From the NCBI GenBank assembly GCA_043228905.1, contig JBHGNT010000093.1, forward strand, positions 29,090 to 93,089: 64,000 nucleotides of DNA. Reading direction: 5' to 3'. The position numbers and the translations under genes are program-made. Numbering within the stretch: the first letter of the stretch is position 1; each line of letters begins with the position of its first letter. Source of the stretch: Azolla caroliniana. Taxonomy: Eukaryota; Plantae; Polypodiophyta. The notes below the pieces were generated by a model, which had not been told where the DNA came from, ran no database searches, and worked only from the letters and a program-made list of their open reading frames with translations. Below are positions 15,001 to 29,300 of the stretch, piece by piece.

Positions 15001-18000
15001 GAGGCAGGTATGAACATTTTAATTTACTCAAGGGCTCCTCTCAACTCCCTCCTCATGTTTCCTAATTTCGTCATGTCTCTCGACCTGAGTTTCAAAATAT
15101 TTATTTTTTAATTCTATATCATAGCTACCGTTGTTAGCTTCGATTCGCATGTTTGAACACAAAAATCCGATATCACACGAGCCAGGTATGAACATTTTAA
15201 TTTACTCAAGGGCTCCTCTCAACTCCCTCCTCATGTTTGCTAATTTCGTCATGTCTCTCGACCTGAGTTTCAAAATCTTGATTTTTTAATTCCATATCAT
15301 AGCTAGCGTTGTTAGCTTCGATTCACATGTTTGAACACAAAAATCCGATATTACACGAGCCAGGTATGAACATTTTAATTTACTCAAGGGCTCCTCTCAA
15401 CTCCGTCCTCATGTTTGCTAATTTCGTCATGTCTCTCGACCTGAGTTTCAAAATCTTGATTTTTTAATTCCATATCATAGCTAGCGTTGTTAGGTTCGAT
15501 TCGCTTGGTTGAACGGAAAAATCCGATATCACACGAGCCAGGTATGAACATTTTCATTTACTCAAGGCTTCCTCTCAACTCCCTCCTCATGTTTGCTAAT
15601 TTCGTCATGTCTCTCGACCTGAGTTTCAAAATCTTGATTTCTTAATTCCATATCATAGCTAGCGTTGTTAGCTTCGATTCGCATGTTTGAACACAAAAAT
15701 CCGATATCACACGAGCCACGTATGAACATTTTAATTTACTCAAGGGCTCCTCTCAACTCCCTCCTCATGTTTCCTAATTTCGTCATGTCTCTCGACCTGA
15801 GTTTCAAAATTTGGATTTTTTAATTCTATATCATACCTAGCGTTGTTAGCTTCGAATCGCATGTTTGAACACAAAAATCCGATATGACACGAGCCAGGTA
15901 TGAACATTTTCATTTATTCACAGGCTCCTCTCAACTCACTACTCACATTTGTTAATTTCGTCATGTCTCTCGACCTGAGTTTCAAAATCTTGATTTTTTA
16001 ATTCCATATCATAGCTAGCGTTGTTAGCTTCGATTCGCATGTTTGAACACAAAAATCGGATATCACACGAGCCAGGTATGAACATTTTCATTTACTCAAG
16101 GCTTCCTCTCAACTCCCTCCTCAAGTTTGCTAATGTCGTCATGTCTCTCGACCTGAGTTTCAAAATCTTGATTTTTTAATTCCATATCATAGCTAGCGTT
16201 GTTAGCTTCGATTCGCATGTTTGAACACAAGAAGCCGATATCACAGGAGCCACGTATGAACATTTTAATTTACTCAAGGGCTCCTCTCAACTCCCTCCTC
16301 ATGTTTGCTAATTTCGCCATGTCTGTCGACTTGAGTTTCAAAATCTTGATTTTTTAATTCCATATTATAGCTAGCGTTGTTAGCTTCGAATCGCATATTT
16401 GAACACAAAAATCCGATATCACACGAGGCAGGTATGAACATTTTAATTTACTCAAGGGCTCTTCTTAACTCACTCCTCAAATTTGCTAATTTCGTCATGT
16501 CTCTCGACCTGAGTTTCAAAATCTTGATTTTTTAATTCCATATCATAGCTAGCGTTGTTAGGTTCGATTCGCTTGGTTGAACGGAAAAATCCGATATCAC
16601 ACGAGCCAGGTATGAACATTTTCATTTACTCAAGGCTTCCTCTCAACTCCCTCCTCATGTTTGCTAATTTCGTCATGTCTCTCGACCTGAGTTTAAAAAT
16701 CTTGAATTTTTAATTCCATATCATAGCTAGCGTTGTTAGCTTCGATTCGCATGTTTGAACACAAAAATCCGATATCACACGAGCCACGTATGAACATTTT
16801 AATTTACTCAAGGGCTCCTCTCAACTCCCTCCTCATGTTTCCTAATTTCGTCATGTCTCTCGACCTGAGTTTCAAAATTTGGATTTTTTAATTCTATATC
16901 ATACCTAGCGTTGTTAGCTTCGAATCGCATGTTTGAACACAAAAATCCGATATCACACGAGCCAGGTATGAACATTTTCATTTATTCACAGGCTCCTCTC
17001 AACTCACTACTCACATTTGTTAATTTCGTCATGTCTCTCGACTTGAGTTTCAAAATCTTGATTTTTTAATTCCATATCATAGCTAGCGTTGTTAGCTTCG
17101 ATTCGCATGTTTCAACACAAAAATCGGATATCACACGAGCCAGGTATGAACATTTTCATTTACTCAAGGCTTCCTCTCAACCCCCTCCTCATGTTTGCTA
17201 ATTTCGTCATGTCTCTCGACCTGAGTTTCAAAATCTTGATTTTTTAATTCCATATCATAGCTAGCGTTGTTAGGTTCGATTCGCTTGGTTGAACGGAAAA
17301 ATCCGATATCACACGAGCCAGGTATGAACATTTTCATTTACTCAAGGCTTCCTCTCAACTCCCTCCTCATGTTTGCTAATTTCGTCATGTCTCTCGACCT
17401 GAGTTTAAAAATCTTGAATTTTTAATTCCATATCATAGCTAGCGTTGTTAGCTTCGATTCGCATGTTTGAACACAAAAATCCGATATCACACGAGCCACG
17501 TATGAACATTTTAATTTACTCAAGGGCTCCTCTCAACTCCCTCCTCATGTTTCCTAATTTCGTCATGTCTCTCGACCTGAGTTTCAAAATTTGGATTTTT
17601 TAATTCTATATCATACCTAGCGTTGTTAGCTTCGAATCGCATGTTTGAACACAAAAATCCGATATCACACGAGCCAGGTATGAACATTTTCATTTATTCA
17701 CAGGCTCCTCTCAACTCACTACTCACATTTGTTAATTTCGTCATGTCTCTCGACTTGAGTTTCAAAATCTTGATTTTTTAATTCCATATCATAGCTAGCG
17801 TTGTTAGCTTCGATTCGCATGTTTCAACACAAAAATCGGATATCACACGAGCCAGGTATGAACATTTTCATTTACTCAAGGCTTCCTCTCAACCCCCTCC
17901 TCATGTTTGCTAATGTCGTCATGTCTCTCGACCTGAGTTTCAAAATCTTGATTTTTTAATTCCATATCATAGCTAGCGTTGTTAGCTTCGAATCGCATGT

Positions 18001-21000
18001 TTGAACACAAAAATCCGATATCACACGAGCCAGGTATGAACATTTTAATTTACTCAAGGGCTCCTCTCAACTCCCTCCTCATGTTTGCTAATTTCGTCAT
18101 GTCTCTCGACCTGAGTTTCAAAATCTTGATTTTTTAATTCCATATCATAGCTAGCGTTGTTAGCTTCGATTCGCATGTTTCAACACAAAAATCGGATATC
18201 ACACGAGCCAGGTATGAACATTTTCATTTACTCAAGGCTTCCTCTCAACCCCCTCCTCATGTTTGCTAATGTCGTCATGTCTCTCGACCTGAGTTTCAAA
18301 ATCTTGATTTTTTAATTCCATATCATAGCTAGCGTTGTTAGCTTCGATTCGCATGTTTGAACACAAAAATCCGATATCACACGAGCCAGGTATGAACATT
18401 TTAATTTACTCAAGGGCTCCTCTCAACTCCCTCCTCATGTTTCCTAATTTCGTCATGTCTCTCGACCTGAGTTTCAAAATTTGGATTTTTTAATTCTATA
18501 TCATACCTAGCGTTGTTAGCTTCGAATCGCATGTTTGAACACAAAAATCCGATATCACACGAGCCAGGTATGAACATTTTCATTTACTCACAGGCTCCTC
18601 TCAACTCACTACTCACATTTGTTAATTTCGTCATGTCTCTCGACCTGAGTTTCAAAATCTTGATTTTTTAATTCCATATCATAGCTAGCGTTGTTAGCTT
18701 CGAATTGCATGTTTGAACACAAAAATCCGATATTACACGAGCCAGGTATGAACATTTTAATTTACTCAAGGGCTCCTCGTAACTCCCTCCTCATATTTGC
18801 TACTTTCGTCATGTCTCTCGACCTGAGTTTCAAAATCTTGATTTTTTAATTCGATATCATAGCTAGCGTTGTTAGCTTCGATTCGCATGTTTGAACACAA
18901 AAATCCGATATCACACGAGCCTGGTATGAACATTTTAATTTACTCAAGGGCTCCTCTCAACTCCCTCCTCAAATTTGGTAATTTCATCATGTCTCTTGAC
19001 CTGAGTTTCAAAATCTTGATTTTTTAATTCCATATCATAGCTAGCGTTGTTAGCTTCGAATCGCATGTTTGAACACAAAAATCCGATATCACACGAGCCA
19101 GGTATGAACATTTTAATTTACTCACAGGCTCCTCTCAACTCACTACTCACATTTGTTAATTTCGTCATGTCTCTCGACCTGAGTTTCCAAATCTTGATTT
19201 TTTAATTCCATATCATAGCTACCGTTGTTAGCTTCGAATTGCATGTTTGAACACAAAAATCCGATATCACACGAGCCAGATATGAACATTTTCATTTACT
19301 CACAGGCTCCTCTCAACTCACTACTCACATTTGTTAATTTCGTCATGTCTCTCGACCTGAGTTTCAAAATCTTGATTTTTTAATTCCATATTATAGCTAG
19401 GGTTGTTAGCTTCGATTCGCATGTTTGAACACAAAAATCCGATATCACACGAGCCTGGTATGAACATTTTAATTTACTCAAGGGCTCCTCTCAACTCCCT
19501 CCTCAAATTTGGTAATTTCATCATGTCTCTGGACCTGAGTTTCAAAATCTTGATTTTTTAATTCCATATCATAGCTAGCGTTGTTAGCTTCGAATCGCAT
19601 GTTTGAACACAAAAATCCGATATCACACGAGCCAGGTATGAACATTTTAATTTACTCACAGGCTCCTCTCAACTCACTACTCACATTTGTTAATTTCGTC
19701 ATGTCTCTCGACCTGAGTTTCCAAATCTTGATTTTTTAATTCCATATCATAGCTACCGTTGTTAGCTTCGAATTGCATGTTTGAACACAAAAATCCGATA
19801 TCACACGAGCCAGATATGAACATTTTCATTTACTCACAGGCTCCTCTCAACTCACTACTCACATTTGTTAATTTCGTCATGTCTCTCGACCTGAGTTTCA
19901 AAATCTTGATTTTTTAATTCCATATTATAGCTAGGGTTGTTAGCTTCGAATCGCATGTTTGAACACAAAAATCCGATATCACACGAGGCAGGTATGAACA
20001 TTTTAATTTACTCAAGGGCTCCTCTCAACTCCCTCCTCATGTTTCCTAATTTCGTCATGTCTCTCGACCTGAGTTTCAAAATATTTATTTTTTAATTCTA
20101 TATCATAGCTACCGTTGTTAGCTTCGATTCGCATGTTTGAACACAAAAATCCGATATCACACGAGCCAGGTATGAACATTTTAATTTACTCAAGGGCTCC
20201 TCTCAACTCCCTCCTCATGTTTGCTAATTTCGTCATGTCTCTCGACCTGAGTTTCAAAATCTTGATTTTTTAATTCCATATCATAGCTAGCGTTGTTAGC
20301 TTCGATTCACATGTTTGAACACAAAAATCCGATATTACACGAGCCAGGTATGAACATTTTAATTTACTCAAGGGCTCCTCTCAACTCCCTCCTCATGTTT
20401 GCTAATTTCGTCATGTCTCTCGACCTGAGTTTCAAAATCTTGATTTTTTAATTCCATGTCATAGTTAGCGTTGTTAGCTTCGAATCGCATGTTTGAACAC
20501 AAAAATCCAATATCACACTAGCAGGTATGAACATTTTAATTTACTCAAGGGCTCCTCTCAACTCCCTCCTCATGTTTCCTAATTTCGTCATGTCTCTCGA
20601 CCTGAGTTTCAAAATCTTGATTTTTTAATTCCATATCATAGCTAGCGTTGTTAGCTTTGATTCGCATGTTTGAACACAAAAATCCGATATCACACGAAGC
20701 AGGTATGAACATTTTAATTTACTCAAGGGCTCTTCTCAACTCACTCCTCAAATTTGCTAATTTCGTCATGTCTCTCGACCTGAGTTTCAAAATCTTGATT
20801 TTTTAATTCCATATTATAGCTAGAGTTGTTAGCTTCGAATCGCATGTTTGAACACAAAAATCCGATATCACACGAGGCAGGTATGAACATTTTAATTTAC
20901 TCAAGGGCTCCTCTCAACTCCCTCCTCATGTTTCCTAATTTCGTCATGTCTCTCGACCTGAGTTTCAAAATATTGATTTTTTAATTCTATATCATAGCTA

Positions 21001-22422
21001 CCGTTGTTAGCTTCGATTCGCATGTTTGAACACAAAAATCCGATATCACACGAGCCAGGTATGAACATTTTAATTTACTCAAGGGCTCCTCTCAACTCCC
21101 TCCTCATGTTTGCTAATTTCGTCATGTCTCTCGACCTGAGTTTCAAAATCTTGATTTTTTAATTCCATATCATAGCTAGCGTTGTTAGCTTCGATTCACA
21201 TGTTTGAACACAAAAATCCGATATTACACGAGCCAGGTATGAACATTTTAATTTACTCAAGGGCTCCTCTCAACTCCGTCCTCATGTTTGCTAATTTCGT
21301 CATGTCTCTCGACCTGAGTTTCAAAATCTTGATTTTTTAATTCCATATCATAGCTAGCGTTGTTAGGTTCGATTCGCTTGGTTGAACGGAAAAATCCGAT
21401 ATCACACGAGCCAGGTATGAACATTTTCATTTACTCAAGGCTTCCTCTCAACTCCCTCCTCATGTTTGCTAATTTCGTCATGTCTCTCGACCTGAGTTTC
21501 AAAATCTTGATTTCTTAATTCCATATCATAGCTAGCGTTGTTAGCTTCGATTCGCATGTTTGAACACAAAAATCCGATATCACACGAGCCACGTATGAAC
21601 ATTTTAATTTACTCAAGGGCTCCTCTCAACTCCCTCCTCATGTTTCCTAATTTCGTCATGTCTCTCGACCTGAGTTTCAAAATTTGGATTTTTTAATTCT
21701 ATATCATACCTAGCGTTGTTAGCTTCGAATCGCATGTTTGAACACAAAAATCCGATATCACACGAGCCAGGTATGAACATTTTCATTTATTCACAGGCTC
21801 CTCTCAACTCACTACTCACATTTGTTAATTTCGTCATGTCTCTCGACCTGAGTTTCAAAATCTTGATTTTTTAATTCCATATCATAGCTAGCGTTGTTAG
21901 CTTCGATTCGCATGTTTGAACACAAAAATCGGATATCACACGAGCCAGGTATGAACATTTTCATTTACTCAAGGCTTCCTCTCAACTCCCTCCTCAATTT
22001 TGGTAATGTCGTCATGTCTCTCGACCTGAGTTTCAAAATCTTGATTTTTTAATTCCATATCATAGCTAGCGTTGTTAGCTTCGATTCGCATGTTTGAACA
22101 CAAAAATCCGATATCACACGAGGCAGGTATGAACATTTTAATTTACTCAAGGGCTCTTCTCAACTCACTCCTCAAATTTGCTAATTTCGTCATGTCTCTC
22201 GACCTGAGTTTCAAAATCTTGATTTTTTAATTCCATATCATAGCTAGCGTTGTTAGGTTCGATTCGCTTCGTTGAACGGAAAAATCCGATATCACACGAG
22301 CCAGGTATGAACATTTTCATTTACTCAAGGCTTCCTCTCAACTCCCTCCTCATGTTTGCTAATTTCGTCATGTCTCTCGACCTGAGTTTAAAAATCTTGA
22401 TTTTTTAATTCCATATCATAGC
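1..22422. repeat. Satellite domain 1: homogeneous subfamily of 126 monomers (120 x 178 bp, 6 x 177 bp)
   Basis: 22,422 = 126 x 178 - 6, matching six CACTAGCAGG 1-bp-deletion monomers (about 4501, 6992, 10017, 11618, 14643, 20516). Diagnostic alleles are CGCTTGGTTGAACGG, CAAGGCTTCC, ATCGGAT and GAGGCAGG. Confidence 0.9.
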
Positions 22423-23134
22423 TAGCGTTGTTAGCTTCGATTCGCATGTTTGAACACAAAAATCGGATATCACCCGAGCCAGGTATGAACATTTTGATTC
22501 ACTCAAGGGCTCCTCTCAACTCCATCCTCATGTTTGCTAATTTCGTCATGTCTCTTGACCTGAGTTTCAAAATCTTGATTTTTTAATTCCATATTATACC
22601 TACCGTTGTTAGCTTCGATTCGCATGTTTGAACACAAAAATCCGATATCACACGAGCCAGGTATGAACATTTTCATTTACTCAAGGGCTCCTCTCAACTC
22701 ACTCCTCATGTTTGCTAATTTCGTCATGTCTCTCGACCTGAGTTTCAAAATCTTGATTTTTTAATTCCATATAATAGCTAGCGTTGTTAGCTTCGAATCG
22801 CATGTTTGAACACAAAAGTCCGATATCACACGACCCAGGTATGAACATTTTCATTTACTCAAGGGCTCCTCTCAACTCACTACTCATGTTTGCTAATTTC
22901 GTCATGTCTCTCGACCTGAGTTTCAAAATCTTGATTTTTTAATTCCATATCATAGCTAGCGTTGTTAGGTTCGTTTCGCATGTTTGAACACAAAAATCCG
23001 ATATCACACGAACCAGGTATGAACATTGAAATTTACTCACGGGCTCCTCTCAAATCACTAGTCATGTTTGCTACTTTCGTCATGTCTCTCGACCTGAGTT
23101 TCAAAATCTTGATTTCTTAATTCCATATCATAAC

Positions 23135-23344
23135 TAGCGTTGTTAGCTTCGAATCGCATGTTTGAACACAGAAATCCGATATCACACGCGCCAGGTATGA
23201 ACATTTTCATTTACCTGTTCGCTTCGTTTCGCATGTTTTCATTTACTCAAGGGCTCCTCTCAACTCACTACTCAAATTCGGTAATTTCGTCATGTCTCTC
23301 GACCTGAGTTTCAAAATCTTCATTTTTTAATTCCATATCATAGC
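23135..23344. repeat. First 210-bp long monomer (32-bp insertion at 23215-23246); 27 copies counted in domain 2
   Basis: Insertion CTGTTCGCTTCGTTTCGCATGTTTTCATTTAC starts at 23215, 25020, 26120, 26330, 26718, 29235, 31403, 32859, 35889, 37345, 41997, 42920, 43130, 43518, 46220, 46608, 48064, 49520, 50442, 51898, 53354, 54810, 57512, 60214, 60958, 62058 and 62802. Confidence 0.93.
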
Positions 23345-26300
23345 TAGCGTTGTTAACTTCGTTTCGCATGTTTGAACACAAAAATCCGATATCACACGAG
23401 CCAGGTATGAACATTTTCATTTACCTACTAGCTCTTCTCAACTCACTCCTCAAATTTGGTAATTTCGTCATGTCTCTCGACCTGAGTTTCGAAATCTTGA
23501 TTTTTTTATTCTATATCATAGCTATCTTTGTTTGCTTCGATTCGCATGTTTGAACACAAAAATCCGATATAACAGGTAGGAACATTTTCATTTCCGAACG
23601 GGCTCTTCTCCACTCCCTCCTCTAATTTGCTAATTTATTCATGTCTCTCGACCTGAGTTTCAAAATCTTGATTTTTTAATTCCATATTATAGCTAGCTTT
23701 GTTAGCTTCGATTCGCATGTTTGAACACAAAAATCCGATATCACACGAGCCAGGCATGAACATTTTAATTTACTCACGCGCTCTTCTCCACTCCCTCCTC
23801 TAATTTGCTAATTTTTTCATGTCACTCGACCTGAGTTTCAAAATCTTGATTTTTTAATTCCATATCATCGCTAGCGATGTTAGCTTCGATTCGCATGTTT
23901 GAACACAAATATCCGACATCACACGAGCCAGGTATGAACATTTTAATTTACTCAAGGGCTCCTCTCAATTCACTCCTCAAATTTGGTAATTTCATCATGT
24001 CTCTCGATCTGAGTTTCAAAATCTTGATTTTTTAATTCCATATCATAGCTAGCGTTGTTAGCTTCGATTCGCATGTTTGAACACAAAAATCCGATATCAC
24101 CCGAGCCAGGTATGAACATTTTGATTCACTCAAGGGCTCCTCTCAACTCCATCCTCATGTTTGCTAATTTCGTCATGTCTCTTGACCTGAGTTTCAAAAT
24201 CTTGATTTTTTAATTCCATATTATAGCTAACGTTGTTAGCTTCGATTCACATGTTTGAACACAAAAATCCGATATCACACGAGCCAGGTATGAACATTTT
24301 CATTTACTTAAGGGCTCCTCTCAACTCACTACTCATGTTTGCTAGTTTCGTCATGTCTCTCGACCTGAGTTTCAAAATCTTGATTTTTTAATTCCATATT
24401 ATAGCTACCGTTGTTAGCTTCGATCCGCATGTTTGAACACAAAAATCCGATATTACACGAGCCAGGTATGAACATTTTCATTTACTCAAGGGCTCCTCTC
24501 AACTCACTCCTCATGTTTGCTAATTTCGTCATGTCTCTCGACCTGAGTTTCAAAATCTTGATTTTTTAATTCCATATCATAGCTAGTGTTGTTAGCTTCG
24601 AATCGCATGTTTGAACACAAAAGTCCGATATCACACGAGCCAGGTATGAACATTTTCATTTACTCAAGGGCTCCTCTCAACTCACTACTCATGTTTGCTA
24701 ATTTCGTCATGTCTCTCGACCTGAGTTTCTAAATCTTGATTTTTTAATTCCATATCATAGCTAGTGTTGTTAGGTTCGTTCCGCATGTTTGAACACAAAA
24801 ATCCGATATCACACGAGCCAGGTATGAACATTTAAATTTACTGACGGGCTCCTCTCAACTCACTACTCATGTTTGCTAGTTTCGTCATGTCTCTCGACCT
24901 GAGTTTCAAAATCTTGATTTCTTAATTCCATATCATAACTAGCGTTGTTAGCTTCGAATCGCATGTTTGAACACAAAAATCCGATATCACACGCGCCAGG
25001 TATGAACATTTTCATTTACCTGTTCGCTTCGTTTCGCATGTTTTCATTTACTCAAGGGCTCCTCTCAACTCACTACTCAAATTCGGTAATTTCGTCATGT
25101 CTCTCGACCTGAGTTTCAAAATCTTCATTTTTTAATTCCATATCATAGCTAGCGTTGTTAACTTCGTTTCGCATGTTTGAACACAAAAATCCGATATCAC
25201 ACGAGCCAGGTATGAACATTTTCATTTACCTACTAGCTCTTCTCAACTCACTCCTCAAATTTGGTAATTTCGTCATGTCTCTCGACCTGAGTTTCGAAAT
25301 CTTGATTTTTTAATTCTATATCATAGCTATCTTTGTTTGCTTCGATTCGCATGTTTGAACACAAAAATCCGATATCACACGAGCCAGGTAGGAACATTTT
25401 CATTTCCGAACGGGCTCTTCTCCACTCCCTCCTCTAATTTGCTAATTTATTCATGTCTCTCGACCTGAGTTTCAAAATCTTGATTTTCTAATTCCATATT
25501 ATAGCTAGCTTTGTTAGCTTCGTTTCGCATGTTTGAACACAAAAATCCGATATCACACGAGCCAGGTAGGAACATTTTCATTTCCGAACGGGCTCTTCTC
25601 CACTCCCTCCTCTAATTTGCTAATTTATTCATGTCTCTCGACCTGAGTTTCAAAATCTTGATTTTTTAATTCCATATTATAGCTAGCTTTGTTAGCTTCG
25701 ATTCGCATGTTTGAACACAAAAATCCGATATCACACGAGCCAGGCATGAACATTTTAATTTACTCACGGGCTCTTCTCCACTCCCTCCTCAAATTTGGTA
25801 ATTTCGTCATGTCTCTCGACCTGAGTTTCAAAATCTTGATTTTTTAATTCCATATTATAGCTACCGTTGTTAGCTTCGATCCGCATGTTTGAACACAAAA
25901 ATCCGATATTACACGAGCCAGGTATGAACATTTTCATTTACTCAAGGGCTCCTCTCAACTCACTCCTCATGTTTGCTAATTTCGTCATGTCTCTCGACCT
26001 GAGTTTCGAAATCTTGATTTTTTAATTCCATATCATAGCTAGCGTTGTTAGCTTCGAATCGCATGTTTGAACACAAAAATCCGATATCACACGCGCCAGG
26101 TATGAACATTTTCATTTACCTGTTCGCTTCGTTTCGCATGTTTTCATTTACTCAAGGGCTCCTCTCAACTCACTACTCAAATTCGGTAATTTCGTCATGT
26201 CTCTCGACCTGAGTTTCAAAATCTTGATTTTTTAATTCCATATCATAGCTAGCGTTGTTAGCTTCGAATCGCATGTTTGAACACAAAAATCCGATATCAC

Positions 26301-29300
26301 ACGCGCCAGGTATGAACATTTTCATTTACCTGTTCGCTTCGTTTCGCATGTTTTCATTTACTCAAGGGCTCCTCTCAACTCACTACTCAAATTCGGTAAT
26401 TTCGTCATGTCTCTCGACCTGAGTTTCAAAATCTTCATTTTTTAATTCCATATCATAGCTAGTGTGGTTAACTTCGTTTCGCATGTTTGAACACAAAAAT
26501 CCGATATCACACGAGCCAGGTATGAACATTTTCATTTACCTACTAGCTCTTCTCAACTCACTCCTCAAATTTGGTAATTTCGTCATGTCTCTCGACCTGA
26601 GTTTCAAAATCTTGATTTCTTAATTCCATATCATAACTAGCGTTGTTAGCTTCGAATCGCATGTTTGAACACAAAAATCCGATATCACACGCGCCAGGTA
26701 TGAACATTTTCATTTACCTGTTCGCTTCGTTTCGCATGTTTTCATTTACTCAAGGGCTCCTCTCAACTCACTACTCAAATTCGGTAATTTCGTCATGTCG
26801 CTCGACCTGAGTTTCAAAATCTTCATTTTTTAATTCCATATCATAGCTAGCGTTGTTAACTTCGTTTCGCATGTTTGAACACAAAAATCCGATATCACAC
26901 GAGCCAGGTATGAACATTTTCATTTACCTACTAGCTCTTCTCAACTCACTCCTCAAATTTGGTAATTTCGTCATGTCTCTCGACCTGAGTTTCGAAATCT
27001 TGATTTTTTAATTCTATATCATAGCTATCTTTGTTTGCTTCGATTCGCATGTTTGAACACAAAAATCCGATATCACACGAGCCAGGTAGGAACATTTTCA
27101 TTTCCGAACGGGCTCTTCTCCACTCCCTCCTCTAATTTGCTAATTTATTCATGTCTCTCGACCTGAGTTTCAAAATCTTGATTTTTTAATTCCATATCAT
27201 CGCTAGCGATGTTAGCTTCGATTCGCATGTTTGAACACAAATATCCGACATCACGCAAGCCAGGTATGAACATTTTAATTTACTCAAGGGCTCCTCTCAA
27301 TTCACTCCTCAAATTTGGTAATTTCATCATGTCTCTCGACCTGAGTCTCAAAATCTTGATTTTTTAATTCCATATCATAGCTAGCGTTGTTAGCTTCGAT
27401 TCGCATGTTTGAACACAAAAACCCGATATCACCCGAGCCAGGTATGAACATTTTGATTCACTCAAGGGCTCCTCTCAACTCCATCCTCATGTTTGCTAAT
27501 TTCGTCATGTCTCTTGACCTGAGTTTCAAAATCTTGATTTTTTAATTCCATATTATAGCTAACGTTGTTAGCTTCGATTCACATGTTTGAACACAAAAAT
27601 CCGATATCACCCGAGCCAGGTATGAACATTTTGATTCACTCAAGGGCTCCTCTAACCTCCATCCTCATGTTTGCTAATTTCGTCATGTCTCTTGACCTGA
27701 GTTTCAAAATCTTGATTTTTTAATTCCATATTATAGCTAACGTTGTTAGCTTCGATTCACATGTTTGAACACAAAAATCCGATATCACACGAGCCAGGTA
27801 TGAATATTTTAATTTAGCTACTAGCTCTTCTCAACTCACTCCTCAAATTTGGTAATTTCGTCATGTCTCTCGACCTGAGTTTCAAAATCTTGATTTTTTA
27901 ATTCGATATTATAGCTACCGTTGTTAGCTTCGATTCGCATGTTTGAACACAAAAATCCAATATCACACGAGCCAGGTATGAACATTTTCATTTACTCAAG
28001 GGCTCCTCTCAACTCACTCCTCATGTTTGCGAATTTCGTCATGTCTCTCGACCTGAGTTTGAAAATCTTGATTTTTTAATTCCATATAATAGCTAGCGTT
28101 GTTAGCTTCGAATCGCATGTTTGAACACAAAAATCCGATATAACAGGTAGGAACATTTTCATTTCCGAACGGGCTCTTCTCCACTCCCTCCTCTAATTTA
28201 CTAATTTATTCATGTCTCTCGACCTGAGTTTCAAAATCTCGATTTTTTAATTCCATATTATAGCTAGCTTTGTTAGCTTCGATTCGCATGTTTGAACACA
28301 AAAATCCGATATCACACGAGCCAGGCATGAACAGTTTAATTTACTCACGGGCTCTTCTCCACTCCCTCCTCTAATTTGCTAATTTCTTCATGTCACTCGA
28401 CCTGACTTTCAAAATCTTGATTTTTTAATTCCATATCATCGCTAGCGATGTTAGCTTCGATTCGCATGTTTGAACACAAATATCCGACATCACGCAAGCC
28501 AGGTATGAACATTTTAATTTACTCAAGGGCTCCTCTCAATTCACTCCTCAAATTTGGTAATTTCATCATGTCTCTCGACCTGAGTTTCAAAATCTTGATT
28601 TTTTAATTCCATATCATAGCTAGCGTTGTTAGCTTCGATTCGCATGTTTGAACACAAAAATCCGATATTACACGAGCCAGGTATGAACATTTTCATTTAC
28701 TCAAGGGCTCCTCTCAACTCACTCCTCATGTTTGCTAATTTCGTCATGTTTCTCGACCTGAGTTTCGAAATCTTGATTTTTTAATTCCATATCATAGCTA
28801 GCGTTGTTAGCTTCGAATCGCATGTTTGAACACAAAAGTCCGATATCACACGAGCCAGGTATGAACATTTTCATTTACTCAAGGGCTCCTCTCAACTCAC
28901 TACTCATGTTTGCTAATTTCGTCATGTCTCTCGACCTGAGTTTCAAAATCTTGATTTTTTGATTCCATATCATAGCTAGCGTTGTTAGGTTCGTTTCGCA
29001 TGTTTGAACATAAAAATCCGATATCACACGAGCCAGGTATGAACATTTAAATTTACTCACGGGCTCCTCTCAACTCACTACTCATGTTTGCTAGTTTCGT
29101 CATGTCTCTCGACCTGAGTTTCAAAATCTTGATTTCTTAATTCCATATCATAACTAGCGTTGTTAGCTTCGAATCGCATGTTTGAACACAAAAATCCGAT
29201 ATCACACGCGCCAGGTATGAACATTTTCATTTACCTGTTCGCTTCGTTTCGCATGTTTTCATTTACTCAAGGGCTCCTCTCAACTCACTACTCAAATTCG

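Noticed and set aside
23204-23246. 32-bp insert as a mini-transposon with target-site duplication (TTTTCATTTAC on both sides)
   Set aside because: It has no terminal inverted repeats, its sequence derives from the monomer itself, and it is always at the same position. It spread by array duplication, not transposition.
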